NCBI GenBank assembly: GCA_963663405.2
Contig: CAXXSM010000112.1
Location: 1-53,074 of the forward strand
Source of the DNA: a bacterium
GTDB taxonomy: Bacteria; Hinthialibacterota; Hinthialibacteria; Hinthialibacterales; Hinthialibacteraceae
Direction: 5' to 3'
DNA: 53,074 nt
The notes under the pieces are model-generated. The model was not told the origin of the DNA and ran no database searches. It was given only the letters and a program-made list of their open reading frames with translations. The position numbers were made by a program, and so were the translations under genes. Shown one piece after another: positions 17,499 to 26,923 of this stretch (the stretch's first letter is position 1; every line of letters begins with the position of its first letter).

Positions 17499-18353
17499 AT
17501 GAACGTGCTTTTAAACTACATACATATTCAACGAATTTTTCTTGGTTTTACGCTCTTCGTGATCCTTTTCGTTCCACAGGGGGAATGCGACACGGTCGAA
17601 TTCGTTTTGCTGCACACGAATGATTTCCATTCCCGTTTTGAACATGCGGACGCGGTTCTGGAAACCGTTCAAGCGTTGCGGAAACAATATCCACATTCGT
17701 TATTGTTAGATGCGGGGGATATGTTTGACAGTGATGTTCCCTCCGTGATTCAATCAAAAGGGGAGGTGATCGTCACGTTCATGAATCAAGCGGGATACGA
17801 TGGGATGACAGTAGGAGATAACGCGTTTCAGCGGTTTCATGTATCCCAAATGATAGAATGTTTCGATCGGTTCCATTTTCCAGTCTTATCGGCCAACCTG
17901 ACGTTGGAAGATGGAGGCGAACCTCTCTGCCTTCCCTATTGGATCTATACAGTAAACGGGATTCAGATTGGCGTCATCGGCGTGTACAATGAAGAGTCAT
18001 TGGCTCATGCCGGATTGAAGATTTTAGATGCGAATTATCTTATTCGTCATTATTTAGCGCGATTGAAAAACCGGGTGGATTGCCTTGTTGTTTTAAGTCA
18101 CGAGGGAATCAGCAAGGATCGAAAACTGGCTAAAGATGTGTCTGGAATTGATGTGATTATCGGCGGTTCATCGCATATCGCCTTGCAACAACCCGAACAA
18201 ATCGGTCAAACCATCCTTGCTCATGCGGGAGAACATGGACAATTCGTCGGTGTCGTAATCTTGCGGATCAACCCAGAAACGAACCGCGTGGAATCATCGA
18301 GCGGGTATCTGAAACCGGCTCACGTTGAAAAAGAAAAACAGTCAATTGATTGA
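17499..18353 (+). CDS. Calcineurin-like metallophosphoesterase (5'-nucleotidase N-terminal type), exported
   Basis: LLHTNDFHS, LLLDAGD, GDN, LSANL, VLSHEG, IIGGSSH; lacks the C-terminal 5'-nucleotidase domain. Confidence 0.8.
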   Translation: MNVLLNYIHIQRIFLGFTLFVILFVPQGECDTVEFVLLHTNDFHSRFEHADAVLETVQALRKQYPHSLLLDAGDMFDSDVPSVIQSKGEVIVTFMNQAGYDGMTVGDNAFQRFHVSQMIECFDRFHFPVLSANLTLEDGGEPLCLPYWIYTVNGIQIGVIGVYNEESLAHAGLKILDANYLIRHYLARLKNRVDCLVVLSHEGISKDRKLAKDVSGIDVIIGGSSHIALQQPEQIGQTILAHAGEHGQFVGVVILRINPETNRVESSSGYLKPAHVEKEKQSID

Positions 18354-18363
18354 ATGGATCGAA

Positions 18364-18681
18364 ATGGACTACCAGGATTTTCCCATAGATTTTAATCCAG
18401 ATGACGATCAAGAAATCCCAATGTTCCACCATCCCTGCGTATTGGACTGCCATACGGATGTGGGATTGGTATCATTGATGATGGACCGGAAACATCCACA
18501 GTATCTGTTGGTCAGCATCGACGGTGAACTGCGTAAATGCCTGCACTTAAATGGAGCGGAATTCCATTTCAATGATGATTGGCAGGTCGTGGAATTCTTG
18601 AAAGAGATCAGTTCTTCCAAATTGCTGGATGATCTTATCGAAGAAGAGAAAGGAATGAATGAGGGCTGGGACTCGTTATAA
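18364..18681 (+). CDS. Hypothetical acidic protein
   Basis: ORF directly follows the phosphoesterase gene (alternative TTG start at 18346). Confidence 0.5.
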   Translation: MDYQDFPIDFNPDDDQEIPMFHHPCVLDCHTDVGLVSLMMDRKHPQYLLVSIDGELRKCLHLNGAEFHFNDDWQVVEFLKEISSSKLLDDLIEEEKGMNEGWDSL

Positions 18682-18695
18682 CCCGCTTTTATTGA

Positions 18696-18737
18696 TTCTT
18701 CATGTGCAGGTTGTGATCTCAATTATGATGGTATATA
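18696..18737 (+). repeat. Dispersed repeat, copy D (tail only)
   Basis: TTCATGTGCAGGTTGTGATCTCAATTATGATGGT matches the tail of copies A/B/C. Confidence 0.7.
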
Positions 18738-18778
18738 TGAAATTGATATTGCAGATATATAGATAGTGAGGATTTTGA

Positions 18779-20236
18779 ATGAGCGATTGGCTGCGGTGGG
18801 GATTCAACAAAGCGCAGCGTGTAATGGTCTATTTCACGCCCATGCCGGAATTTCCCTGTCAACTTCCCACGCCGAAACCACTCATCGCTGGATTTACCCA
18901 CCGGCTTCCCATTGAACTGGATGTTTCTTCCGCCGATGGCGCGGTTGAACGGGATGATATGGCGATCCGCATAAGATGGATTGCGGAAGATGGACGTGAA
19001 ATCTATGGTGGTCAGACACCAATCCTGCGTGGAATTCACCCACAGTCCTCCGTTCGTGTGATCGCCACGATTGAAGCGCCACCGGAACCGGGGATCTATT
19101 CTCTGGCCGTATTTCTAGTCCGGGGACGGTGGGAAAAACCGCTCGCCCAGTCCGGTTTGGAATGGTCCGTGATTCCGTTGGAAGAGACGGACGGGATATA
19201 CAATTACGGCGAGTACATGATCGGCCTCGACGCGTCCACACGCTGCAACTTAGAGTGCATCTTTTGCCTACGGACATTCTTGGACCACGGGGCGCCGGAA
19301 CAGATTAATCCGGAGGAATTGGCGAAACTGGCCGCCGGGTCGTTCGATGGATGCTCAGGGATTAGTCTCTCGCTGGGCGCGGAACCATTACTTAATACCC
19401 GGTTTCCCGAATTGGTAGACGCGCTTTGCGAGTATCCCTACACCCGGTCGACCATGACCAGCAATGGCACGCCCCTTAGCGCAAAACTAGCGCGGCTCTT
19501 GGTCGCGAAACAGTACGAAGAAATCTGCGTTTCGATTGATGGAGTAAAAAAAGAAACTTTCGAGAGCATTCGTGTGGGCGCTGATTTTAATCAAGTCATC
19601 GATAATCTCAAACGATTGAAGGCGTATAAAGAAGAATACAACAGCCCCTATCCGAATCTGAAATTCCATTTCGCCATGATGCGCCGCAACATTGAGGAAC
19701 TGCCCGCTTTTATTGATCTTGCGCAGGATCTTGACGTCTCGGGCATACGCCTTCAGTATTTCATGATCCCCCATGAATCGCTGACAGATGAATGCCTTTG
19801 GTTCGAACCGGAAAAATCGAACCGATTTTTATCAGAAGCGATCCAGAAATGTGAAGCGTATGGAATCCCCATCGACGCGCCGCCATTATTTGATCCGGAA
19901 CGAAAAGCGGACCGGAAGAAGAAACTGCGGACCCAACGATGTCACTGGCCCTGGAAAGGGATTCTCCTCGGTTCCAAAGGCGAAGTGACACCCTGCTGTC
20001 AGTGGAAAGGCCCTTCTTTAGGCAATATCAATGAAGAAAGTTTTGAAGCCGTATGGAACGGTGAGGGCTACCGTCAGCTGCGCCGCGATTGGATTAGCGG
20101 GAAACTCAACAAATACTGCCGCGATTGTTCCGCCTTGCTTGAAGGCGACGTCAACGACTTCCATTCCTTCATCGCTGCTGAATATGAACTGATCAATGGG
20201 AAGAAAGCGGCTGTTCCCAACGCGCCGGTGGCTTGA
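18779..20236 (+). CDS. Radical SAM / SPASM domain protein with N-terminal beta-rich extension
   Basis: CNLECIFC (CxxxCxxC), AEPLL, C-terminal CHWPW...G.VTPCC...LGNI...CRDC. Confidence 0.9.
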   Translation: MSDWLRWGFNKAQRVMVYFTPMPEFPCQLPTPKPLIAGFTHRLPIELDVSSADGAVERDDMAIRIRWIAEDGREIYGGQTPILRGIHPQSSVRVIATIEAPPEPGIYSLAVFLVRGRWEKPLAQSGLEWSVIPLEETDGIYNYGEYMIGLDASTRCNLECIFCLRTFLDHGAPEQINPEELAKLAAGSFDGCSGISLSLGAEPLLNTRFPELVDALCEYPYTRSTMTSNGTPLSAKLARLLVAKQYEEICVSIDGVKKETFESIRVGADFNQVIDNLKRLKAYKEEYNSPYPNLKFHFAMMRRNIEELPAFIDLAQDLDVSGIRLQYFMIPHESLTDECLWFEPEKSNRFLSEAIQKCEAYGIPIDAPPLFDPERKADRKKKLRTQRCHWPWKGILLGSKGEVTPCCQWKGPSLGNINEESFEAVWNGEGYRQLRRDWISGKLNKYCRDCSALLEGDVNDFHSFIAAEYELINGKKAAVPNAPVA

Positions 20237-20242
20237 TCGTTA

Positions 20243-20317
20243 TTAATGATTTTTATGTTTAACGCCAATATTCTTAAGGTCGTCTCTTGCTTTGGGCGTA
20301 ATCCTGAACGTTGGCAT
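20243..20317 (-). pseudogene. ParE toxin N-terminal stub (second TA module)
   Basis: TAATG-coupled to the parD stop; MPTFRITPKARDDLKNIG, then unrelated sequence and a stop after 24 codons. Confidence 0.7.
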
Positions 20318-20565
20318 TAAGATTCTTGGTCCAATCCGGAAATGATAGTCTCTATAGAATATCCTTCGATAAAATCTCCACGTTTCGCTTCATCCGCTCC
20401 TTGCTTTAAATGCGCTTTAAGAGCCTCCAGTTTGTTTTTTCGTTCTTCCAAACTCCGTAAGGCGTCACGTACAACTTCGCTGGCGGAACCATAACGTCCG
20501 GTTGCCACTTCGTTCTTGATGAAGGTTTCCCAATGTTCTCCAAGAGATAAACTTGTATTGGCCAT
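20317..20565 (-). CDS. ParD-like ribbon-helix-helix antitoxin (CopG/Arc/MetJ)
   Basis: MANTSLSLGEHWETFI..V.TGRYGSASEVVRDALRSLEE; the true start is probably 20565. Confidence 0.9.
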   Translation of the reverse strand: MANTSLSLGEHWETFIKNEVATGRYGSASEVVRDALRSLEERKNKLEALKAHLKQGADEAKRGDFIEGYSIETIISGLDQES

Positions 20566-20571
20566 AGGATT

Positions 20572-20643
20572 TCTCCGTATATCGCGTAGGTCCTGTTTGG
20601 CGGATTCGGAAAGTTCAAGATTTGGGATTTTTTGGTATGGCAT
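20572..20643 (-). pseudogene. ParE toxin N-terminal stub (first TA module), fused in frame to the second ParD
   Basis: MPYQKIPNLELSESAKQDLRDIRR matches the ParE L[ST]..A..DL..I start; overlaps the end of the upstream ParD. Confidence 0.65.
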
Positions 20644-20914
20644 TGGCGCTGTAATAAGGTTCGCCGTTTTCCGCTTTTTGAATGGCCGTTTGTACTATTT
20701 CTTCCATCAGATCGGGAGTATAAGGGGTTGTTTTCCCTTGTTTAACTTCTTGTACGCCTTTCTCAACGGCTGTTTTAAACCTTGTAACACGTTCTTTTTC
20801 TTCTCTTAGACGCCGGACAGCGGAGTGGACAAGTTCGGTTTCATTGGTGTAGAATCCGGCTTGCACCTGCGCCTTAATAAAAGTTTCGTCAGTATCAGAG
20901 AATTTTATTTGCAT
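20615..20914 (-). CDS. ParD-like ribbon-helix-helix antitoxin
   Basis: MQIKF..TDETFIKAQVQAGFY.NETELV.SAVRRL; RBS AAGGAAG. Confidence 0.8.
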   Translation of the reverse strand: MQIKFSDTDETFIKAQVQAGFYTNETELVHSAVRRLREEKERVTRFKTAVEKGVQEVKQGKTTPYTPDLMEEIVQTAIQKAENGEPYYSANAIPKNPKS

Positions 20915-20923
20915 GATACTTCC

Positions 20924-20963
20924 TTATTATCTGCAAGTTGTGATCTCAATCATGGTGGTTTAT
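20924..20963 (+). repeat. Dispersed repeat, copy E (tail only)
   Basis: TTATCTGCAAGTTGTGATCTCAATCATGGTGGTTTAT, abutting the RBS of the parD gene. Confidence 0.7.
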
Positions 20964-21099
20964 GTGCGAACCATTTTCATACATAATACATGATCCTGTT
21001 TTGGAAAGCAATATGATGTCTTTGGTTCTGTGAAATCGAGAGAATACATCACGAATCGCTGGTGGGCAGGATACCCGCCCTCCATTGAGGATTGCGTCT

Positions 21100-21819
21100 A
21101 TGAAATGCTTACAATATTTTGTCCAGATATTTTGCCTCTTCAGTTTACTCGCGCCTTTCGTTCATGGAGACGAAGAGGTAAAAAAGGATGATCGTCTCTT
21201 TCATCTTCCTGCGGACCAGAAGGCTGCTTACTACTTGTTGACACCGCCGGAATATGACTCCAGTCAACGTTATCCTCTGATTGTCAGCCTCCACGGCGCT
21301 GGGGAGAAAGGGGATCGTATGGTCCGTTATTGGAAAGAGGCCGCTGCGAAATTCGGTTGTGTTCTCTGTTGTCCCAACAGTGAAGGATTTTCCTGGAACC
21401 GGGAAGATATGAAGCGGATTTTACTAATCGTTCAAACCGTGGAGAAGGATTATTCCATCGATCCAAAACGCGTCTTGCTCAATGGGATCTCGGCGGGTGG
21501 AGCGGTGACCTATATTCTTGGACTCAGCGTGCAGGTACTATTCCCCTATCTCAATCCAATGTCCGCTGGATTCAACAAAGGGTATGATACGCTCTTGCAA
21601 CGGGCCAAACCGGTTCCCATCTTTATTACTCACGGTACCAAAGACGATGTGATCCCCGCCGCGCAGGGCCGTTTCGCGGAGGAACTTTTCCGGAAATTCC
21701 AGTTTAAAGTCACTTACATCGAAAAGCCGGAAGACGGACACAACCTTCCTGAAGGCGAGCAGCCGACAATTCTCCAATGGTTTAAGAATCAATGGAATGA
21801 AGAAAAAGCCGAAGAGTAA
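21100..21819 (+). CDS. Secreted alpha/beta hydrolase (esterase/phospholipase-like)
   Basis: Signal peptide, YPLIVSLHGAG, GISAGG nucleophile elbow, HGTKDDVIP, GH. Confidence 0.85.
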   Translation: MKCLQYFVQIFCLFSLLAPFVHGDEEVKKDDRLFHLPADQKAAYYLLTPPEYDSSQRYPLIVSLHGAGEKGDRMVRYWKEAAAKFGCVLCCPNSEGFSWNREDMKRILLIVQTVEKDYSIDPKRVLLNGISAGGAVTYILGLSVQVLFPYLNPMSAGFNKGYDTLLQRAKPVPIFITHGTKDDVIPAAQGRFAEELFRKFQFKVTYIEKPEDGHNLPEGEQPTILQWFKNQWNEEKAEE

Positions 21820-21831
21820 AGAAGATCGCTG

Positions 21832-22485
21832 CTATTTGGGGGAATTGGATTGCTGGAGTTTTGACACAACATCGCGAAGCGTATCGATTTCGAAATTATA
21901 CTCCTGACTCAACCGCCCCACACGCTCATTCCGGGGTGTATTTGAAGGAAGTTTCATCGCTTCTAAAATTCTCTCAACGTTCACACCCGTCTCCGCTTCG
22001 ATTTCCATGAGGGTGTTTCTTCCACGGATAAAAAAGCCGCCGCTCATGGATTCTTCGTCATGAACGCGCGGCTCTTCCTGCATGGCTGAACGTCCCCTTC
22101 CCCCGCGTTCAACTTCATCGTCCTCATACCCCCATGGCGTGAAGAAAGGAAACGCGATCAGGAGGATTGAAACAACGAATGTGACGATTAACAAAGGATA
22201 CGGATTCCCCTGGATCATCGTTCGCAGCACACTAACGATCCAACTCCAATGCAATATGATATGAAGCAGAATGGCCGCTAGGAAAGCAATGGAAGCCCAG
22301 AAATGCACGTCCCCCCAATCATGGCGTGTAAGCCCCATAATACTCGTTGGATCTCCTACTACACGCTCCCGGCCCGGCAGGAGAATAAACGCCATAATGA
22401 TTCCCGTGCCAATCAGAACCATCAACGCGAAATATCCTACCGCGTCAACGAGAAAGTTGATCTTGCTTTTTGAAGATAAAGCCAT
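21832..22485 (-). CDS. DUF4405-family membrane protein
   Basis: NFLVD..., GLTRHDWGDVHFW...LHIILHWSWI. Confidence 0.75.
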   Translation of the reverse strand: MALSSKSKINFLVDAVGYFALMVLIGTGIIMAFILLPGRERVVGDPTSIMGLTRHDWGDVHFWASIAFLAAILLHIILHWSWIVSVLRTMIQGNPYPLLIVTFVVSILLIAFPFFTPWGYEDDEVERGGRGRSAMQEEPRVHDEESMSGGFFIRGRNTLMEIEAETGVNVERILEAMKLPSNTPRNERVGRLSQEYNFEIDTLRDVVSKLQQSNSPK

Positions 22486-22674
22486 CGTTCCTCCAAGGAA
22501 TCAGTGTTTTTCTTTTTATTGTATTAAACGGCGGGAGTGGGGCAATGTTTGTAAATCAAAAACAGATGTGAAAATCATCCAACTGGCGGTGGTTTAAAAC
22601 ACGTCATTAATAAACTTGATTGTAAAACTTAGAAGGCGCTAGAGAGAAAATACTCGTCAAACCATTATATCCTA

Positions 22675-23385
22675 TCATTCTGCGATCGATTCATTTTCCT
22701 CGTTCCTATTGATCGATAGTATAGTGTCATCTGCGTCAACATAAACACTCCACGCGAATAATAGACACGCCAGATAATAAACCGGATAGCCGATGAATAG
22801 ATAACTCATGAATTCGTTTGTGAGATAACGGGACACAGCGAGGATGACGTCGGAGAGATAAAATACAGACGCGGCGGAGCATGTAAGTATATATAACCGC
22901 CGCCTTGCGCAGGAGCCTCCTGCGAGTATGGCCATCGTCGAAATGATTCCAAGATAGAGAATGACCAGCCAGAGTTCTTTCTTCGAAACGGAAGGGAGAA
23001 TTACGGCCGCATTCAACGATCCCAGCGCGGCAAATACAATACAGGAATAGAATAAACGTTTTGGATTTATGCCAATCCATAAGAAACCTATGATAAAGAA
23101 TCCATGCGCCGCTACGAACCATAACGCGCCGTGGATAAAATTACCCGGTCCGAAGTAATCCCCCAACCAACAGCAGGCCAAACCCAACCGTATACAATTT
23201 GAGAACCATCTCGTCCAAGCGCCACCGCATATTGATATTATAACGAACAATGTTGACGCTATCATTAACAAACAATGGAAGGAAAGTGGGGACGCAGCGC
23301 GAAGAGGGCTAACATTGAACAGCACGAGGCCCATACAGACAATGGAAAGGAACAACAAGAATCGAAACAGAAACACGCCATTCAT
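22675..23385 (-). CDS. YhhN/lysoplasmalogenase-family membrane protein
   Basis: GL..CWLGD, F.AAH.F.I, FYLSD.ILA, Y.VYYLA. Confidence 0.75.
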   Translation of the reverse strand: MNGVFLFRFLLFLSIVCMGLVLFNVSPLRAASPLSFHCLLMIASTLFVIISICGGAWTRWFSNCIRLGLACCWLGDYFGPGNFIHGALWFVAAHGFFIIGFLWIGINPKRLFYSCIVFAALGSLNAAVILPSVSKKELWLVILYLGIISTMAILAGGSCARRRLYILTCSAASVFYLSDVILAVSRYLTNEFMSYLFIGYPVYYLACLLFAWSVYVDADDTILSINRNEENESIAE

Positions 23386-23393
23386 TCTAGAGT

Positions 23394-23951
23394 CTACGGT
23401 CCAAAGACAATGATATCCCCCCAGGAATTCACTCCGTTGGAGGTATCGTATTGGATCGCGTCGGGTTGGCTGGAGATCTCTTCCTGGCCGTCCGGCGCAC
23501 GGCTGAGCAGGATGTACTGCGCCCCACTGCGATAGGCGTTAAAAACCGTAGGACCGGTCCAACCCGTTCCAGCGCTGGTGACGCCCTCCAGCCAGATAAT
23601 GTGCCAAGCCATGTAAAAGCCACCGTGCTGCGCGTAGCGATCGGTATCTTTCGGCATATTCATTTCCGTCCAAAACACGTCATACGGCGTGAAAGGAAGG
23701 TATGACACCGGCTCTTGCAGCATTTTCCAATTCTCTGGATCATTATTCGTTGGTGGATACTTGTTGTAATCGATTTTGTACATTTCAAAAGCGGTGCGGA
23801 TCGCCCGTAAATCCGCTTCGGCGCGGGCGACCTTCGCCCGGACCTGCGCATTGAGAAAATTGGGCACGGCGATGGCGGCGAGGATGCCGATGATCGCTAC
23901 GACGATTAATAACTCGATTAATGTGAACGCTTTCATGAACCGTTGGATCAT
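23394..23951 (-). CDS. Type II secretion GspG-like / type IV prepilin-like protein
   Basis: AFTLIELLIVVAIIGILAAIAVPNFLNAQVRAKVAR...; C-terminus YDTSNGVNSWGDIIVFGP; start placed at 23951. Confidence 0.9.
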   Translation of the reverse strand: MIQRFMKAFTLIELLIVVAIIGILAAIAVPNFLNAQVRAKVARAEADLRAIRTAFEMYKIDYNKYPPTNNDPENWKMLQEPVSYLPFTPYDVFWTEMNMPKDTDRYAQHGGFYMAWHIIWLEGVTSAGTGWTGPTVFNAYRSGAQYILLSRAPDGQEEISSQPDAIQYDTSNGVNSWGDIIVFGP

Positions 23952-24109
23952 TTCATTTTCTCCATCGTATTGGAAGGATGCGCGTATCCCCCACGCGTTC
24001 ATCCACATATTCCCTGCAGAGATATTTCTCATGCTATACCATATCATAAAAGGAGAGAGAAAAAAAGAAAACCTTAACGAATTTACATCTGTGTTAAAAG
24101 GTGATTCGA

Positions 24110-25921
24110 TCAGCGTACCCGGAAGGATTTACGGAAATAGACTGTCTGTTCGCTCTTCGCGCCGTCTGGGCTCCAGATTACCTTGGTCGAAAGAACAGGG
24201 GCCATGAAGTAGAAGCGGTCCAGGCGTTCGGTTCTCCATGGCGCCTGACCGAGAATTCCAATCTCTTCCGCGTCGCTCCATTTCGAATCATCAAATTTTC
24301 GTTCGTTCCATTGTTCTTCTTCTTTGGATGTTACTTTCCAAGACGCGTCCGCGCTATCCAATCCTCCGCGATGGCTGATTAATATTGAGAGTCCCGCGCG
24401 GCCGCTTTTGTTTGTGCATTTTATCGCGAGAAGATGAGTCCCTTTACCCAGTTTTTCAATCAGGAAATCATCCACGCGCTGACCGCCGCGTCCTTCTCCG
24501 ATTGATTTTCCATCGAGAAAAATCTCGTATGGATCATCCGACGACGCATAAATCCGCGCCGATCGTTTCTTTTCTAGAATGGGCAATTCTTCCTTCGCGG
24601 CCCATAGAATGTAGGGCGCGTCACATTCATTCGATTTCTGATCCTCGGTTTCACTTTTCTCGATCGCGGAGGCGAATGCGGCTTTCGCTTCGTCCAACTT
24701 CCCCATTTGCTTGAAAAGAAAACCTTTCCGCATCGACCAGAATCCGTATTCGTCGGCTCGTTCATCCGCTTTGACGCATTCCTCGATCCGATTCAGCGCG
24801 TCCTCGTATCGCTCGTTTTGGAGATCCAATGCAATACCTTGATTGGCGAAAACCCGGCTCGCGAACAACCGGCCTTCATCAGGCAGGCGGTCCATCACAT
24901 TCGCCAGCGCAGGCGGTTTTGGGCTGGGGAGCGTCTGATACCAGTACGCGACCGAATACCAATCGTCTTCCCGGTCATTCGCGTGCCCATGTTCGATCGA
25001 AGCGCGCAGGGATTTTGTAAACGCGATGGGATCGTGAATGTGCCATTTATAGGCTGTCACACGAGCGCCTTTGTCGTATCCTTCCCAAAGTGTGACACCG
25101 TGATAGGGATAATCGAATTCGCGAAATCCCCATGCGTCGTTGAAATAATCCTCCGTCCCGGTTCCGGTCATGGTGGGAGTTTCTACGCCGTCGACGAAGA
25201 ACATATCATCTCCCTCACCGAACCAGCCGTTGCGGTTGATCTGCGCGCTCAGCACGGTTCCAACATAGAGACCTTGTCCCTTGGTTTCCATTAGCAGGTA
25301 ATTGGATTGCCCATTCACGTTCTTTCCACCGAGTTCGACTTTTGGATTCGGGGTGGCTTGGCGGTATTGCGCGTGGAAATAGAGTTGATCGGGGGGGAGG
25401 GTTTTGTACTTTCGGTAGTCAATGTAGTAATAAAACGCGCGGAGAGTTTCAAAACCTTCGTGGGTGATGGTCACCTTGGCCGATTTTTGAAATGGCATGT
25501 ACCAATAACAGTTGCGCGCCCGGCCATCGGAAGAGACCGCGACGGGAAGGCTGTGAAAAGCGCGCTGCAATCCATGACCCACACCGAAAAAATCACCCAA
25601 AGGAACTTCGATGGATGGGATTTCCTGCCCGTCCCAATAGAAGCGCAGGATCAACATACGGGAATAATAGTTTTCTCCATCGATTGTGTTCCAGATATGG
25701 GTGATCGCTCCAGGCCCTTCGATCTCGGCGAGTACTTTGGTTTCACCGGGCTTGATATTCAAGCGGTCGTTGTTGCCTCCTGTGCGATCATAGCTGGAGA
25801 TTCGATGCGTTTCGAAATCCGGCGCGCTGGCTAATCCCTCGAGAATTGTTGATGTCTGACAGAAAACGGGAGTGGCGAGAAATACGAATATAGTTGAAAT
25901 GAAGAGTGTCCGAAAAAACAT
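24110..25921 (-). CDS. DUF2961 / glycoside hydrolase family 172-like protein with TPR-like and C-terminal jelly-roll domains
   Basis: SSYDRTGGN.D, GPGAITHIW, VPLGDFFG, YFHAQYRQ, WFGEGDD, GTGTEDYF, SVAYWYQ; signal peptide. Confidence 0.85.
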   Translation of the reverse strand: MFFRTLFISTIFVFLATPVFCQTSTILEGLASAPDFETHRISSYDRTGGNNDRLNIKPGETKVLAEIEGPGAITHIWNTIDGENYYSRMLILRFYWDGQEIPSIEVPLGDFFGVGHGLQRAFHSLPVAVSSDGRARNCYWYMPFQKSAKVTITHEGFETLRAFYYYIDYRKYKTLPPDQLYFHAQYRQATPNPKVELGGKNVNGQSNYLLMETKGQGLYVGTVLSAQINRNGWFGEGDDMFFVDGVETPTMTGTGTEDYFNDAWGFREFDYPYHGVTLWEGYDKGARVTAYKWHIHDPIAFTKSLRASIEHGHANDREDDWYSVAYWYQTLPSPKPPALANVMDRLPDEGRLFASRVFANQGIALDLQNERYEDALNRIEECVKADERADEYGFWSMRKGFLFKQMGKLDEAKAAFASAIEKSETEDQKSNECDAPYILWAAKEELPILEKKRSARIYASSDDPYEIFLDGKSIGEGRGGQRVDDFLIEKLGKGTHLLAIKCTNKSGRAGLSILISHRGGLDSADASWKVTSKEEEQWNERKFDDSKWSDAEEIGILGQAPWRTERLDRFYFMAPVLSTKVIWSPDGAKSEQTVYFRKSFRVR

Positions 25922-25980
25922 GGCTCATCTCCTTTGTGTTGAGATGAGCCATGCTAAGTTAAAATTAGGTAGATTGTAAA
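25913..25980 (-). promoter_or_regulatory. 12-bp hairpin + U6 overlapping the RBS/start codon, with a candidate promoter
   Basis: CATGGCTCATCT (25919-25930) / AGATGAGCCATG (25942-25953), A6 at 25913-25918; minus-strand TTTACA-N18-TAGCAT (25980-25951). Confidence 0.55.
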
Positions 25981-25987
25981 GGGTCGC

Positions 25988-26617
25988 TTATTCGGCTTCG
26001 TGGATTTGTATTTCAATAAATCCATACGAAGTTACCTGATTATCTTCTACTCCTTCTTTTTTGTTGGCCGGATCTACTTTGTTATAGAAAGCGACAAACC
26101 GGTCGATCCCAACGTTATCTCCGTTGCTTGAAAAGAGGGGAAGAGTTTTCGAGCCGGAAAGCACATGTTTTTTATCGACTTGCGCTTCTGTTGGTATCCC
26201 GATAATCGTGTCCCCTTCAAATGGATCTTTCTCATTGGGAAACAATTGATCGAAATTTGGCATCCCCGTGATATAGCAAATTCGTTTGTCTCCAGAAATC
26301 GTTAGTTTCGAGCCAAATTCTCCAATGCTTTCATATTCTTTTAAATCGTTGGGGTCTTCCATCGCTTTCATTCCATCGTTGTCCGGATCGCTGGAACCCC
26401 GCGTCGCGTAGGCGTCGTACGATTCCCCATTCAGAACAGCGAGGAAAATATACACCCGGCGAAACACGCAATTCTCACTCAGTTCTTGATGTTCTTCGCG
26501 GATTTTTTCTAAATCGAACACGTCGGGATCGATGTAATTATCATCGCACCATGCCCCCACCGGCGCGATGATCGCAAGAAACAATAGCGCGATGAGGAAC
26601 TTCTTAAAGATCTCCAT
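25988..26617 (-). CDS. Hypothetical secreted protein
   Basis: Signal peptide MEIFKKFLIALLFLAIIAPVGA; no recognised domain. Confidence 0.65.
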   Translation of the reverse strand: MEIFKKFLIALLFLAIIAPVGAWCDDNYIDPDVFDLEKIREEHQELSENCVFRRVYIFLAVLNGESYDAYATRGSSDPDNDGMKAMEDPNDLKEYESIGEFGSKLTISGDKRICYITGMPNFDQLFPNEKDPFEGDTIIGIPTEAQVDKKHVLSGSKTLPLFSSNGDNVGIDRFVAFYNKVDPANKKEGVEDNQVTSYGFIEIQIHEAE

Positions 26618-26923
26618 GATTCTCTCCTCTGCTCCCAACTAAACGGTATAACTTGGTACCGTGAGCATATTACCGTAACGGGAGTTTTACCTCTCAAAAA
26701 ATGCCTACACTAATTAACTATTCTCTATTTGATGAAATATTCCCGTTGATTGTTGATTTATAATAATTTATTGTATTTCCAATGAGAATATTTGTCAAAT
26801 ATTTTTTTGGAATGGACTCCCTTGTTCATCCTCTTTCTATGTGGCTGATTATCGGTCAGGGAATCCAGCTGATTTAGTTATTTTTAAATAGAACGACGCA
26901 TCGGTAAAAAGGTTTCTTATTTG

